Shown here: positions 14,061 to 30,864 of the stretch, piece by piece
Position numbering within the stretch: the stretch's first letter is position 1
Layout of the letters: each line of letters starts with the position of its first letter
Assembly (NCBI GenBank): GCA_012295275.1
Contig: CM022668.1
Coordinates: forward strand, 9,548,001 to 9,612,000
DNA: 64,000 bases
Origin: Chrysomallon squamiferum
Lineage: Eukaryota > Animalia > Mollusca
Reading direction: 5' to 3'
Program-made: the position numbers and the translations under genes
Notes under the pieces: generated by a model
What the model saw: only the letters and a program-made list of their open reading frames with translations
Databases searched by the model: none
Told to the model about the DNA's origin: nothing

Positions 14061-14821
14061 ACCCCCCAGTGTAGTTATTGAGGTTTTCATAGTAATTACT
14101 ACTGCTGCCGAATTTTCGTTGTTGGTGAAATTTTCGTTGTTGATGAATTTTTCATAGTTTTTCATTGTTTTTCATCGAGTTTTCGTAGTTATTGACAATT
14201 ACTTATGTTTTCATTGTTTCATAGTTACTGAATATAACATACATTTTATTTAACGTAATTATTAAAATACTATAATTTACATAGTTATTAAAAATACTAC
14301 AATTTACATAGCTATCAAACCTTTTACAATTTACGTAGCTGTTAAGCATATCATAATTTATAGAATTATTAAACCTGCTACAGTTTACATAGTTACAAAA
14401 CTACTCCAAACTACACACACACACAGTTATTAAAGTACCACAGTTCACATAGTTTAACGAACCTACTAAAACGTAGATGGTTATCAAGCAAATTATAATT
14501 TACAGAGTTGTTATCGTATGTGCAGTTTGTAGTTCTGGTTTATCCTAACATGTTTTGAACGGTTAAATGTTCCCTTGACTCGTTCATTATTAATCATCAC
14601 TGAGTCTATTTTTATTTGTGTAACCATCAAAGCTGTGGGGATTTGCATAGCCATTGTAAACGGTGCTGCTTCATGTATAACTAACTCAACGTGCGTTCTT
14701 GCGTGAACGTTATCGAACACGTGCAGAAACAACAACAACAAAACTCTTATGTTTAATATATAGCCGGAGAGAGAGACAGAGAGACACAGAGAGAGAGAGA
14801 CAGAGGGAGAGAGACAGAGAG

Positions 14822-14869
<48 letters not shown>

Positions 14870-14870
14870 G

Positions 14871-14918
<48 letters not shown>

Positions 14919-15541
14919 TACTTCTACTGTTAGTATTAGTACTAGTACTAGTGCTACTTTTTTTTATATACTGTCACTTCTACAATTCCCAAAACTACTA
15001 CCACTACTGCACTACAACAACAGCTCTACTACTTCTACGACAACTAATACTACTTCTACTGTTATTACTACTAGTTATACTTCAACAATCACTATTATAT
15101 TACTTCTACTACCACTACTTCAACTATTACTACCACTACTTCTACTATTACTACAATTACTATTTCCACTATCACTGTTACCTCTACTGTTACTACCAGA
15201 ACTATTATTATTTTCACTATGACATGTACAACTCACAATACTGTCACCACTACTGCTACTACTACTGCTACAATTACTACTGCTACTACTGCTGCTTTTA
15301 ATAACCACACTGGTCCAGTGAAAGTGAACTTTATCTCCGCATGATGCTGTCCAAATTACTGTTATTATTGTTATTACTGTTATTATTCTTTATTATGTGC
15401 TATTATCTGTTTGTCTTGGTTTTCCACTCGGTTCTGAGTGGTTTGAAGGTCACTGACATTTCAGTGTGCAATTACGTAAATAATTAGAAAATTTGTACGT
15501 TGATCAGAATTAATTGTGAGAGATTAACAGTCAGGCAGGGG

Positions 15542-15574
<33 letters not shown>

Positions 15575-15575
15575 A

Positions 15576-15636
<61 letters not shown>

Positions 15637-15710
15637 TCATAAACACTAACATGCACACACATACGTTATATGGTACATATTACTGTGTGTGCCCAAGTAT
15701 ATATATATAC

Positions 15711-16049
15711 ATATATATACAACGCTTTAGAGATATGTATGCATGTATGTATGTATGTATAGTATAGTATAGTATAGTATAGTATAGTATGTATGTGTGT
15801 GTATATATACATACATACATACACACACACACATACATATGTATGTTACAGAGATATTAGAAAACTGTCGAGATGAGAATATATACAACGCTTTAGAGAT
15901 ATGTATGCATGTATGTATGTATGTATAGTATAGTATAGTATAGTATAGTATAGTATAGTATGTATGTGTGTGTATATATATATACATACATACACACACA
16001 CACATACATATGTATGTTACAGAGATATTAGAAAACTGTCGAGATGAGA
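15711..16049. repeat. Tandem duplication, about 170 bp x 2, containing compound microsatellites
   Basis: ATATACAACGCTTTAGAGATATG...GAAAACTGTCGAGATGAGA occurs twice (15711-15878, 15879-16049). Confidence 0.92.
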
Positions 16050-16543
16050 TTGAATTCAAAACCAATCCTATGTATATATCATATTCTAGCCAGCGCTTTA
16101 GAGATTTTGCTATATCTAATGTCCCATCTATGAGTAGGTGCATCAAAAACGATCCATTACTGCTAATCTATCAGGTTTTCTCACTCATGTCTTCACTGCA
16201 CTAGCACATGAAGCAGAGCAAATGATGAAATGTTTTGGTCTGTTGAAAAAAAACAAAAACACATATTTATTTATATATGTATTTTATTATGTATACATGT
16301 GTAAATTATTAACATGATTGAATTTGTGGGTATATAATCTTTGTATTTTGTGCTTGGGTTAATCGACGTTGTCTCATTTTGAAACCATTATCTGATCATT
16401 AGCAGCGACTGATAGACATACTCGTGAAAACATCAATACGTTGATAATTATTTCCACGTGTGAGCTGGTGTTTATCTTTTCTCTCTCTCTCTTCAAGTCA
16501 TTTGTTTCATGTAAATATTTACATTGGCGAATCTCAATCTGTC

Positions 16544-16661
<118 letters not shown>

Positions 16662-16980
16662 TCTCTCTGCTTCCCTCTCTCTCTCCCTCTGTCTTTCCCT
16701 CTCTGTTTCTTTTGTTTTTATTCTCTGCAAACAAAACAAAACAGAGAAAGAGAGACTGAAATGAGAGAAAGATAGACGCAGAGAGGGAAAAGAAATAGTC
16801 AGAGATAGCAAGAACGAGAGAGAAAAAGAAGTTACAGTGAAAGAGAGAAATTCAGAGAGGAATAAAAAAAAACTGAAAAGGAGACAAAGTGAAAGAGAGA
16901 AAGAGAGGAGAACTGAGAGAGAGAGAGAGAGAGAAAGAACAGAGAGAAAGAGAGAATTTAGAAAAGAAAGAGAGAGATAC

Positions 16981-17064
<84 letters not shown>

Positions 17065-18190
17065 CTAGAATGGAAATAAGAAGGAAGCGAGAAGACAAAT
17101 GACCAAACTGAAAGGTATTTACGGCTGTGAAGACCAGAAATAGCGGAGAACTGTGAGAAGATTCATTTAAATAACAGACAAAACATAAATTGTCTATTAA
17201 CGATTTCCTTCTCGACGTGAAATGTCACACCGAACCTGAAAGAAGCAATCTTTTTATTTTATTTTATTTTATTTTATTTTTTATTCCAAACCATTTCTGG
17301 AACTTCTTAAAATACGCAGCAGAAAAAAAAAAAAAAAAAAAAAAATGGTTGGCAGGAAAAGTCAGCGGATTAAGAGCAGTGGGTGGGTGGGTGTAGGAGA
17401 ATGAATAGACAGAGGAGGAGAAGGAGGAGAAGGAGAAGACAACGTTGATGACGAAGAAGACGACAACAAAGAAGATATACTACGATGAAGAAGAACAAAA
17501 AAACAAAAAAAAACAAAAACTAAACAAAGACGATAGAAATGATTAAGGAAAAGAAAACACGACGGTGAAGAGGAAGCCAAAAAAGAAGAAAAGGTAACGA
17601 AAACGAACAAGATGATATGGACGATGACGGAGAATTCAACTACGACCACGACAACGAACATGGAAAAAAAAAAAACCCCACAAAAAACAAACAAACAACA
17701 ACAAAGATATAATTAAGGAGAATAAACAACGACGACAAAGAAGAAGAAGAAGAAGGAGAAGAAATAGAAGATATATATAAAAGTGCTTGGAACGACACAA
17801 AACGTTTCAGCGGTTTTTCCTAGAAGTACAAAAAAAAAAAAACAGTTCTACATTTGAAGGAGATTTGTAACTTCAGCCATGTTCGCGTTAATTACAGCAC
17901 AGAATTCACAGCGAAATGACATCCGGTTCAGCTTAAAAGGTTACTTTCGGCAGTTTCCGGATCATCAATCGTAATGTTTCGTCAAAGTAATTTCCGACAG
18001 TTAATTCAGGATTATTTTTATTTTTTTGTCTGTGTTCTGCTTCACTGGATATTTCTAAATGACAAAGTATTTATAGAACATTAAATTAGTATGATTCGTA
18101 AATAGTCGATAAACTGTTTACTGAAATATCATTATTACTTTTTATAACCAGTAAACAATTTTATTCTAAGTTAAACAGTTGTATCAATTG

Positions 18191-18288
<98 letters not shown>

Positions 18289-18442
18289 GTTTGTGTGTGA
18301 CTATATTGTTGTGTGTGTTTACTATATAATATAAAACCATGACAGTTATATATTTAAGGGTATTTGTGATATACAGTTCATTGTTTATTAAAAAAAAAAA
18401 CAACAATAGCACAACAACAGCAACAACAACAACAACATCATC

Positions 18443-18489
<47 letters not shown>

Positions 18490-18808
18490 GAAAACCTCAC
18501 CTGCATCAAATAGTCCACTGAATATACATGACGTAGCTATTCTATTATGACGTCATGGCTTTGTTTACATTTATACAGAATGATTCTGAAAGCATTCGGA
18601 AAGTTTATTCGGATAACCTGAACAACTAGATGAAATAATTTAATATCCAACAGTATGTACACTAATTTCTTTTAACTGCTTGAAAATGATAGTAATATAG
18701 ATATTTTTTTTTTTTTTTTTTTTTTTTGACTCAGTTTGAAGTTTCGGACTTGAAATAAATTATTTCTTAGAAAAAAACTTTATCCTTGATACAAATTGCA
18801 ACTGTAGA

Positions 18809-18839
<31 letters not shown>

Positions 18840-20047
18840 GTTGTTGTTGTTGTTGTTGTTGTATTATTATTATTATTATTGTTGTTGTTGTTGTTGTTGT
18901 TGTTATATTATTATTATTATTAATGTTACGGTCATTATGATCGCTATGTTGCTGCTGCTGATGATGATAATGTTGTTGTCGTTATCTTTATTATCAAATA
19001 TATGTATACTTAAACACCTTCATATACACATATGCATACACAAATGCATACATACGTACCTACCTACTTACATACATTATACTTATACACATACACATAG
19101 ATATACATACATGCATATATATATATATATATATATTCATATGTACGTACGTACGTACGTACACACATATGCACACACATATGTTCATAAACCTATATAT
19201 ATATATCCATACATCCAAATATAGACATTAAAAAAGTTTTGGTTTTGTTTCCGTGGTTCCAGTTCAAGTGAGAGTTTTGTGTTGTGTACAGGAGATCCTC
19301 TCACAATAAGTAATTAATTATTTTAATGTTTACTCTCATTTTCATTCATTATCTTATCAAAATGAATGGCAGAAATGAAACTTGCCGGTGAAAAAACGTA
19401 TTGTGTGCATGAATTTTATTAATTTTAAGTTAATTAATAAAGATCCTGCTTTAGAAATGTGTTAATTTATTTCCATTAAATACAGTTTCATTCTTTATTT
19501 TATATTGTAAGTGAAGATTTGGTCTCTACGTAGAAATTCGACAAATTCAGAAATCCCGAACATCGCCGATTCCAAGTTTTGCTCTTTTGATACCTGTGCA
19601 CACATTGTTAATACACGTGCACACATGCGTGCCAACTTTTAAATGCACGTGTTACCCATAATCATAGAACGTAATTGAAAAAAAAAAAAAAAAAAGGCTT
19701 CTTATGTGGAACGTCTATTTTAATGTTTGCATGTTTCTATGATTAAGCGATTTTTAAACAAAAAAAATGTTCACGAGATAAGAATAACAGAGTGAGAACA
19801 CGTGTGTTTTTAAACTCAGGTTTGCCTCAAACGTGTTTTCCTTACAGCGCAACATTGTTAATTAGTGATTCTGTCTAGCTTAAAGTTCATAGACAAATAT
19901 AGACACGCATGAAACACACACATACATATACATACATACACATACATTCATAAATATGTTTGACTATACATAGATAGATGGTTAAAATATACACGAACGG
20001 TATAAATGGATAGGTGGATAAGTTGATAAAATGACACAGACTTACAG

Positions 20048-20095
<48 letters not shown>

Positions 20096-21850
20096 GGTAA
20101 TACCATGTTTATAGGTAGATAAATAGATGAAACGAGTGATACACTTATCGACAGACATATGTCTGTCTCTTTAATATTTCATCGATTTACCTGCTTAAAT
20201 ACATGTATGTAGACAGACAAAAAGGCAGATAGACAGAGACACACAGTCAGATCGACAGACAATATGATAGAGAGACGGACATTCAGAGAGAAAGACAGGC
20301 AGATAGTCAGATCGATAGACATATATACATACATACAGACAGACAGAAACACAGACAGACAGACAGATAGATAGAAGAGAGAGACAGACAGAAAGGCTGA
20401 TAAACAGACTGGCAAATATATATATATATATAAAATATACGCATGTAGGTTTTGGCATACGGCCAGACAGAAAAACAGGTAGACAGACAAAATGTGAATA
20501 TAAAACTCAAGAATCCTAGTTCAGAGACAATGATAAAAAAATAATTCAGTATGCTTATATAATTTTATAGTTAGTTATCGTTGTCTATTCCTTTTTTTTT
20601 TTTTTCTATTCAGTCATTCCTTCTTTCGTACCGTCCTTCCTTCAACCCTTTAAACAAATAGTGATTTTTGATTACCCTTCATTAAAGACGTCTAAGACAT
20701 TAATATTAAATAAACGTTCACTAAGACTGTCTAAAACTCTTTATTCTTTGGGGTTTTTTTTACTTCTATTTTTGACTCAAACAGTTTTAAGATCTTCTTG
20801 ACCCGTCTGAGACTAAATATCAGGAGTTTTTTTTTTAGCAGAATAGGAACCAACTGAACGGGAAAGTCTTTCTGTCCTAAAACCTCCTTCCCAATAAAAA
20901 CAAACGAAATAAGAGAGAGAGAGAGAGAAAAAAAAAAAAAAGATTCATAACATAAATTTAGCGAATTACAGTGTTGTAGAAGACACTGATTATGAAGTAG
21001 TAATTTTATTTTTATTGATCTTTTTATCCGAGGATTGTTTGAACCGAATGTCCGCAAGTGACTCGATCGTTTCGTTTTGTAAAAAAAAAAAACTTTTTTT
21101 ATTTTTTTATTAATAATGTCATTATTTATTCCTGCTTTCAGGACTCAGGCAAATTACTGAAGTAAAATATTTGTGTTTATTGCCTGATGGCGTGTTTTCG
21201 TAATGTCGACTGACTTAACAAGAAAACGTGTTTTTTTTGGGTTTTTTTGTGTTGTTTGTTTCCAGTGAAAGCTTTTGTTTGTATGGGACAGAGGATTCAG
21301 TCACGTAGCTTGCAATTGTTTTATGTCACTCTTTAATTTTATTTATTTGTTTATTTATTTATTTATTTACGTATTTATTTATTTATTTATTTATTTACTT
21401 ACTTTCTTCTTCTTCTTCTTCTTCTTATTATTATTATTATTTTAAATATGAAAATTATTCAAAAATAAATGATTTTAAAGAAGACAGAAAAAAATAAAAA
21501 TAAAAGTGTTTTTTTTTTTACCTTTTTGCAGTGCTTTTTTTATTCATAATTTCAAAACTCTTTTTTTTTTTTTTTTTATATATTTAATTTTTTCTTTCTT
21601 ATATTTTTCTTTCTCGTTTTCTTTCTTTTCTTCTTTTTGTTATTTCTCTCTTTTTTCATTAGCATGCCCAGTTAAAAAATAAGTATGTAAATTCATTCAC
21701 TTTATTATTATTATTATTATCATCATCATTATATTTATTTATTGTTGTTATTGTTGTTGTTGTTGTTAATGAATGATGGATGAATTTATTTATTTATCAG
21801 ATGGGTTATTTACAATACTAAAACATGTTAAAATAAAGGTTTTTTTTGTA

Positions 21851-21907
<57 letters not shown>

Positions 21908-21984
21908 TAATAATAAAAGAAAGAAAATGAACAACTAACTGTCGATCTATATTCGATATTTCCATAGAATCACAACCAGATTAT

Positions 21985-22685
21985 CATTCATCCATATCCA
22001 TTCATTCTCCCATCCATATTCATATCCATCCATCCATCCATCCATCCATCCGTCCTTCCTTCATCCTTCCATCAGCATCCTCTTATCCATCCATCCATCC
22101 TTCATCCTTCCATCAGTATCCTCCTATCCATCCATCTATCCTTCATCCTTCCATCAGTATCCTCTTATCCATCCATCCTTCATCCTTCCATCAGTATCCT
22201 CCTATCCATCCATCCATCCTTCATCCTTCCTTCAGTATCCTCCTATCCATCCATCCTTCATCCTTCCAAAAGATCCTCCTATCCATCCATCCTTCATCCT
22301 TCCATCCATCCATCCATTCATCCATCCATCCTTTCAGTATCCTCCTATCCATCCTTCCATCAGTATCCTCCTATCCATCCATCCATCCTTCCATCCTCCT
22401 CCATCCATCATCCTTCCATCAGTATCCTCCATCCATCCATCCTTCATCCTTCCATCAGTTCCATCCATCATCCTTCATCCTTCCATCAGTAAAATCCATC
22501 CATCCATCCATCCTTCATCCTTCCATCAGCATCCTCCTACCCATCCATCCATCCATCCTTCCATCCCATCTATCGCTCCAGCATCCACCCAAAATCCCAT
22601 CTCTCCAGCATCCATCCATCCATCCTTCCACTCCAGCCAGCATCCACCCATCCGTCGAGCATCCAAGCTCCAGCATCCATCCATC
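21985..22685. repeat. (CCAT)n-derived satellite with roughly 37-41-bp higher-order unit
   Basis: Recurring CCATCCATCCTTCATCCTTCCATCAGTATCCTCCTAT. Confidence 0.92.
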
Positions 22686-23199
22686 GACTAAGTGAAGCGA
22701 TTGTAAAAATAATGTTGTGACGTTAGCAGAAGGCTGAGAAATCCAGAAGACCTGTTTAATCTCCCGGGAACCCGCGCGTGCAGTAGCCACTCCATCTGTT
22801 TCGCATCACGAAGAACTGTATATCCCGCCTTGCTGTCGCTAATGGAAAAATAAATTTTCACTATCAAATTTTTCAGTGATCCGCGTTTCTTAAATTTGAT
22901 CCGATTCAGCGTCACGGTTTTCGTGTGATCGCTTAAAAGAGTAACATATGTGCGGATGAAAGCCGAGCGGTGCGAATTTCGTGCAAAGCAGACGACAGTC
23001 AGTTGAAAAGAGAAACATGAGAACAAAAATGAAAAAAAAACAAAAAAAAAAACGCTATAAAGTGGATATTACAGAAATGAAACTATAAAGAAGTAAACAA
23101 TGTTATTATTATTCCGTGAATATTGCAGTAAACAAATTTCTAAAAACTGAAGTGTGTTAAATATTTAAAATACTTTTTGAGACAGATGAATGGTATGAT

Positions 23200-23395
23200 G
23201 AATTTAAATAACAGTGTAATTAATATTAATTTAAATAACAGTGTAATTAACAGTAATTTAAATACCAGTGTAATTGATATTAATTTAAATAACAATGTAA
23301 CTGACATTAATTTAAATAACAATGTACTTAATATTGGCTTAAATAACAACGTAATTAACATTGATTGAAATAACAACATAATTGATGTTAAACTG
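23200..23395. repeat. AT-rich minisatellite, 27-bp unit, about 7 copies
   Basis: AATTTAAATAACAGTGTAATTAATATT and variants at a 27-nt period. Confidence 0.9.
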
Positions 23396-23742
23396 AAATT
23401 AATTTACTTCAGAAAATAACTTTTATCTGTTATTGTATTTTATTTACGTATATTCTATACTCATTTATTGTCATCTATTTTTTTTTTTCTTGTTAAAATA
23501 TTCCTACGGTGATTGGTAAACAGAATAAACAAATTTTGTATATTTGTGATTTACTACTTTATTTTATTTTCGTAATTTTAATATTCTTAATGTTTTTTTC
23601 AGTTTAACTAACTGCCAAACAATACATTTTTATTAAGTAATTACTTTATTTTTTTTTTGTATTCCAGTTAAATATTTTATTAATAAAATAAAGTCTGAAA
23701 CATATATTTCTATTCTTTGTACATACTGGACATTGCCATTTT

Positions 23743-23778
<36 letters not shown>

Positions 23779-24563
23779 TGTGACGTCATATCGTGGATAG
23801 AAAAACTGTTACAGCTGTATGTTACTCAGCAGCTGTGAAAAGTAGTAACATTATTTTTTACTCATGTTACAAAACTATTATTATTATTTTAAACAACATT
23901 TATATTAAAAGAGACATGTAATAAAACAATGATTAACATCGTTTAATAGTAATTTGAAAATGTACTTTGTGACAAGATGGCGCATTTACTTGACAAATGT
24001 AATTATATCTGTCGCGTGTTGATCTGAAATAAAAAACAATGATTGAATGAATAAATGAATGAATGAACGATTGGACGAATAAAAGAATGAATGAATAAAA
24101 ATGAATGAATGAGCGATTAAATGAATGAAAGAATAAACGATTGATTAAACGAATTATTGGATAAATGGACTAAAGAACATTTGTTAAACGTCATCTGAAC
24201 ACACTTATCTTTTTTTTTTTTTTTTTTTTTTTTGTTTGTTTGTTTGTTTGTTTATTTATTTATTTATTCAGTACTCAGAAGTTATTTGTATGATAAAATA
24301 TCAAATGCATAACCATGGTAACAGCTTGTCAGTTAGTGACGGGGCGTCTTTCAAATATTCTTTTCTGTCTGAAAATCGAGACAAGGAGCAATAACTAGAA
24401 CGAAGCATAGTCCTTTGGGAAAAGTGAAAAAATTAAAAAAGCTGAAAAATTAAAAAAATAAAAAAATAAAAAGAGAAAGAGAAAGAGAAAGAGAAAGAGA
24501 GAGAGAGAGAGAAAAAAAAAATGAAAACATAAAATAATTATAATAAATAATAATAATAATAAA

Positions 24564-24624
<61 letters not shown>

Positions 24625-27321
24625 AAGAAAAGAAATGAGAAGAGAAGAAGAAGAAAAAGAAAAAAAAAAAAAAACAGGGACAAAGTCAATTTCGCATACT
24701 ACGAAAGGCACAAAGTTCGTTTTAATTAATGTTTCCTTTTAATACCAGTTTCCCAGACCACATTAATAGGTTTGAAAATTTCGCTTCGGGGCGACCCGTC
24801 AGTGAACACTGACGACGTCACTTGAAGAGATAGTAAATGGCAGATGAACAAAGACTTGAACGAGGGGAGTAGACAGCTCGCATATTTGATCATGTGACAC
24901 CGACTGGTAATCGATATATTATCTCATTCACTGATTATCTTCGCTATTATGCTGCAGACACCCAATATCGATATTCAGGGTCACGGCGCTCCATGATGTG
25001 TGCGTTCTCGTTCACGCGTGATTATGCGGTAACGAGATTTGAATTTTATTTCTCTATTTTTTTCTCGTCTGATAGCGTCTTTCCGGAATCTGATGATCTT
25101 ATTCTAATAAATAGTTTCTCTCTATTTTTGGCTTTCTAAATTTGAGACGGTCCTTCTAAGAAGAAATGTCTCCGTTACCGCGTGCTTCTAATCGAATCCT
25201 TTTCGACTAAACTGTAATAAGTGGCAAATTTGAATATCCTTGATCTAATTAGGGTCCAAGCACGCCGTTCGTGCACTTAACTGATTTGTCTGTCTGTCTG
25301 TCTGTCTCACGAAATACATTACGTTTTGTTTGTAAGGAAGAGGAAATCTACAGCAAGAACTCTTTTAATCTGAATTATTAACTGACACGACAGGAGAAAT
25401 GTCGTTAACTGTTTACGAGTTTCTTCCCTGGGATAGAGAAGTGTTTATTTGAAATACTTTCGAATCGGGGTCATGTAATACTTGCTTGAACCATTGTTCT
25501 ATCTATCTGCCTGCCTGGATGTTTGTCTGTCCGTCTGTTTGTCTGTCTACATGTCTTTCTATATGTGCTTCTTTTTTTCTTTTTCCGTTTCTAAATAACC
25601 AGTCGTATTATTTATTTATTTATTTATTTATTTATTGTTGTATGATTCGAATATTATCGAGAAAACCAGTGTCTATTTGTCTATCTATCAACGATATCGG
25701 ACATTTTGTACACATTTAACCATTTCGTCTTTATTCTGTCTAGCTTCCATATTTCGTTTAATCTCCGTTTTCTGTTTTAAGATCTTATAAAGTCTCTGTC
25801 ATGAAACACATCTGTACAGACGGACATCCTGAACGAGAAACACGACACAAACTCATCACATGAACACGTGAAACAAAGCTAGACACGCCATTTTCAAATC
25901 CACCGATACTATTTTTACTGCGTCCTTTGATTACCGGTGATCAGTGTAAAATTATAACTCCTTCCGGTCAGGGCAAGAAAGCGGAAGAGGCGAAATATTA
26001 ACAACTGCAACACTGGGGGCACACAACGACGTCAAGGTTGTTACTGCACTCTAATTTAAACGAGACGACTACTGGAAAGTGAGTAACGACACCCTGGAGA
26101 ATTTCAAATTAATTATCATCAACCTCATCATTCTGCAGTTACACGGAGACGATGCAACGTCATTGACTACTCTTATCATCTTCGTCATCAACAACATCAT
26201 CTTCATTATCATTATTATTGTAATTACTGTTATCATCATCATTATTATCATCACTATTACCTTAATCATCATCATTATCGTTACTGTTCTTATTGTAATA
26301 CCAGTGTTCCTATCATGAACTGTTTTCTTTCTCTCTGTCTGGTTTACGTTTTCTTAAATTCTTATTTTAACGGTTATACATATGCCATACAGGCACGTGT
26401 ACACAAAAACGCACAGTCAGAAAGCATAGACACATAAACACATACACACACGCACGTAAATATGCACATTCTAACACACAAACACGTACACAAAAACACA
26501 CACGTAAAAAAATGCTCAAACATGCGTATACAAACACATTCAGAAACACACATACCCACGTACACACACACACATGCACGTGCAAACACTCAGAAACAAA
26601 CACACCATACAAACACACCGACAAACATATAAATACAAACATAACCTAAACTCGTATACAAAACATGTACACACAACAAACACATTCAAACACACATACG
26701 CACACCCACACCCACACATTCAGAAAAATTCTGATACAAAACACGGATGCTATTTTTTTTTTCTGACTGTGTGATATATGCGGTATCGTCACAAACGTGT
26801 TAATAATACATTATTTAAACACCAGAATAACACCCAGGAGATGGGAATTAATTATTTGCGTTCCTTGATTCCGTTTTCTCTCGAGTATCAAATTTATATG
26901 TAAATAATCGCAGTGTAGTAATGGCTAAACGTAATCGAACCATGACATTCAATTGGTTGTGGTACAGAAAACCTAAAAAAGTTGAAATGAGAAAAAAAAA
27001 AAAAAAAAAAAATTAAAAAAAAAAAAAAAAAAATCGGAAAGAAAGAAAGTAATGAAATAAAATAAAATAAATTAATTCTTCTGACTTTCTTTCACTCTGT
27101 CTCCGACTCTTTTTCTCTCCCGTCTCTCTTCTTTCCTCTTTTTCTTTCTTTCTTTCTTTCTTTCTTTCTTTTTTCTTTCTTTCTTTCTTTCTCACTCTGT
27201 TTCTGCTTATGTCTCTTTCTTTATCTCTTTCTGTATCTGTCTCTCTCTGTCTCTGTCTCTCTGCCTCTGTCTCTGCGTCTCTCTCTCTCTCTTTCTTTCT
27301 GTCTCTGTCTCTCTGCCTCTG

Positions 27322-27416
<95 letters not shown>

Positions 27417-27762
27417 CTGTCTGTCTGTCTCCCTCCTCAGTCAGTGTGTATATCTGTTACAGATTATTCTCATTAAATCTGGTGTATTTGCTAAATCATT
27501 ATTTTCCTATTTATTTATTAAGTCAATAATCACTGGCTTAAATAAATATATAACAGTAAAGGCGGGTCAAAAAGAAAAACTGGAGGTTAGATGTTGTACA
27601 GTAACATCACTACAGTAAAAAGATTTACACACAAAATTTGTATTTTCATTTCACTCATCATTCTATATATGTTTTTCTTTCGGTTTTTCTCTGTTTTTCT
27701 CTCTCTCAGAATTTGTTCCGATCTTTTTATTACTGTTATTTTTCTCTATTTTGCTCTCGCTT

Positions 27763-27881
<119 letters not shown>

Positions 27882-28028
27882 AAATATATCTATGTATATA
27901 TATGTACGTATGAATTTATTTATGTATTTATGTATGTATTTATGTATGTGTGTGTATGTGTATGTATGAGAGAGAGCGACAGGCAGATAAATAAATATAT
28001 GTATGAACTGAATAACCGTGAGAGAAAG

Positions 28029-28108
<80 letters not shown>

Positions 28109-29080
28109 TGTGTGTGTGAGAGAAAGATAGAGATAGATAATGAATGCTACCTTTAACCTTCAATCCATTCTGTGTTCAAGTTTAACAAAACAGTGCACAG
28201 AAACCTAATTTCACCCTGCAGGCAGGCTATCGCTCTTTAGTGTATATATATTTTTTTCTAAGTAATCTGTCAATCGATCTAGTAAACACACAATCGTTCT
28301 ATTCTCTGTATACTTAATTTGTTCAATTAGTGGCCCGGTTCCAATGTATGGATTTTTATCAGTTTTTTTTTTATCGTTGTTATTGTTCCGCACTGTATCG
28401 TATTAGTTCTGTGACTGCATTTATAGAACATGTTCTATTTTATAATGTGTACTTTGTTGTTCTGGTCTGTCTTTGTGTACACTGGACAGTCAGTCATACA
28501 GAGCAATGTAGGTTCAGTGTTGTAACTTAACACAGAGAGAAAATGCGTTGTTTAGTATGAAAAGCAGAATATAGAACTTGTGTGTTGGTTTTGATTAGTA
28601 AATATATATATATATATGTGCGTATATTTTTATGTGTATTTGTATGTGTGTGTATGAGGTGTGTAGGTGTTTGTGTATGTCTGTATGTGTATGTGTGTGA
28701 GTATATATGAGTGTGTTTGCTTGTCTCTGTCTGTATGAATGTAGATGGATTCTTGTATTTATTTAAATATGTGTGTTTTTGTGGATTTGTCTGCTTCGTA
28801 CATACTTATTTGTGTGTTTGTAGTCACCTACCTATGTAGACGCCTGTATGAATATGTGTATTTATGTACGTTTATATATTTGTTCATCTATCTATCTATC
28901 TATTTATCTTTCTGTCTCTCTCTATATATAATATTATATATGTGTATATGTATCTATCTGTGTTTATGTTTGTGTTTATATATGTATATATCCATATATA
29001 CACAAACATAAACACAGATACATACACATACACATTTATAATATTATATACAGAGTCAGAGAGATAAATAGATAGATAGA

Positions 29081-29116
<36 letters not shown>

Positions 29117-30864
29117 GTGTTTGTGTCTGTATTTCGGTGAAATATAGTAATACTGTAAATAAAATGTAAATGGAATTCAACAATCCATATTTTATCTTCG
29201 TATATCTGTCCATCTGTCTGTTTGTCTGACCTGTTACCTGTTACAGTCTGTCTACGTTTTGCAACAAATACTTATTAACATAAGTAATTACCACGAACAG
29301 CTTAATGATAAACTCAAAAAAAATCTCTTCAAACAATTTCTCTCAGTTCTGTATATTACAATAATATTGAGATAGCAACATGTTATTTCATTATTTAGAA
29401 GCAGTAGCAGTATCAGTTTTCTCATTACGTTGATTGTTCGGCTGGTGTCTGTTTGTGTGATCTGCCGATGCCATGATTTAAATAACACACGGCTCTGGTA
29501 AATGAACGAGGTTATGCTCTGTTAAGGATTGCACCAAGCAAGAGAGCGTGTAACGTTTGTTCATTGATTGCGTGTGATCGTATTAGTTACACGAACGTTG
29601 GCTCTGCATTCATAGGCACTGTTACATGGTTTGTTACTTAATGTGTGTGAATGAGAGGAGAATGGTTTCATAGAGATGTGTTAGAGTGTGTGGAAAAATG
29701 AAAGAGAGAGAATATCAGAAAGAGAAAAAAAAAAAAAAGAGTAAAAAAAAAAAACAAACGTAATAATAATAATAGAAACAAAGAAAAACGAAACGAACGA
29801 GAATAACGGTAAGAGAGCGAGAGAAAAGAAACAACAGAAAGAGATGTACTCGAAGAGAGACAGATACAGAAATAAAGAGAGACAGGGAGACAGACAGAGA
29901 AAGAAAGACTGAGATAGACAGAATAAGAGGACATACAGAACTGCAATAAGACGTTCTTAATCTTTTAATACATTCATTTATGAATTATTATTATTATTAT
30001 TATTATTAATAGTAGTAGCAGTAGTAGTAGTAATAGTTGTAGCAGTAGTAGTAGTAGTAGTACTAGTATTTATTTATTTATTATTTGGTCGAAAAGAAAT
30101 ATAACACATACACAAACAGGCAGAGAGAAACACATATAAATATATACAGACACACAAATATTCACACAAACGTGTAAAAGTAACTGCTTACTGCTGTGGA
30201 GGTTTGTAAAATCTAATTAGCAGTGTTACTTTCTTCTGTTTGGACGTTCAAATGACCATCTCATGATGACCACTTCAACACCTGAGGCTAAAAAATCGAT
30301 GGATAAATTTTAAAGGGGCTGGGTGATTGATGGGTGTGTAGATGTTTGGGACAAAAAAGAAAAGAAAAAAAAAGCTAAATACTTTTTGTATGGTACTCGT
30401 AGATGTGAAATGCAGAGGGCGCCTGAAAGAATTAGAGCGACGGGCCTTGAATTTTAAAAATATTTTAACTGTCAGTTCATTTGTGTGTATTTCTGTACAG
30501 TGTTTTATTTATATTCAGTATTTGGATAACACACATACACACACATATACGCACACGAACACACACACTTGAACAAATACATCCATACACGTTCAAAAGA
30601 TACAAGACTGAAGTCGAGCATCCCCCCTTCCTCTGTATGTTTGTATGTCTGTCATGCACACAAAATTATTTTAATATTGTATAAATATGTTAATCTATGG
30701 ACATTGCTGTATAGCGATATATACGTTTGTTTATATATTTATGTTTCTACATGATTGTGTATTATATATATTATAAATTTGTCTGTATTTATTTGTGCGT
30801 ATAGAGGTATCTTTTATTATCTTTCACATGCTTGCAGATACACGTTCAAACAGAAGGTTTTTTT

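Noticed and set aside
23140-23379. Asn-rich and Leu-rich 9-aa repeat ORFs
   Set aside because: Product of the 27-bp AT-rich minisatellite, open on both strands.
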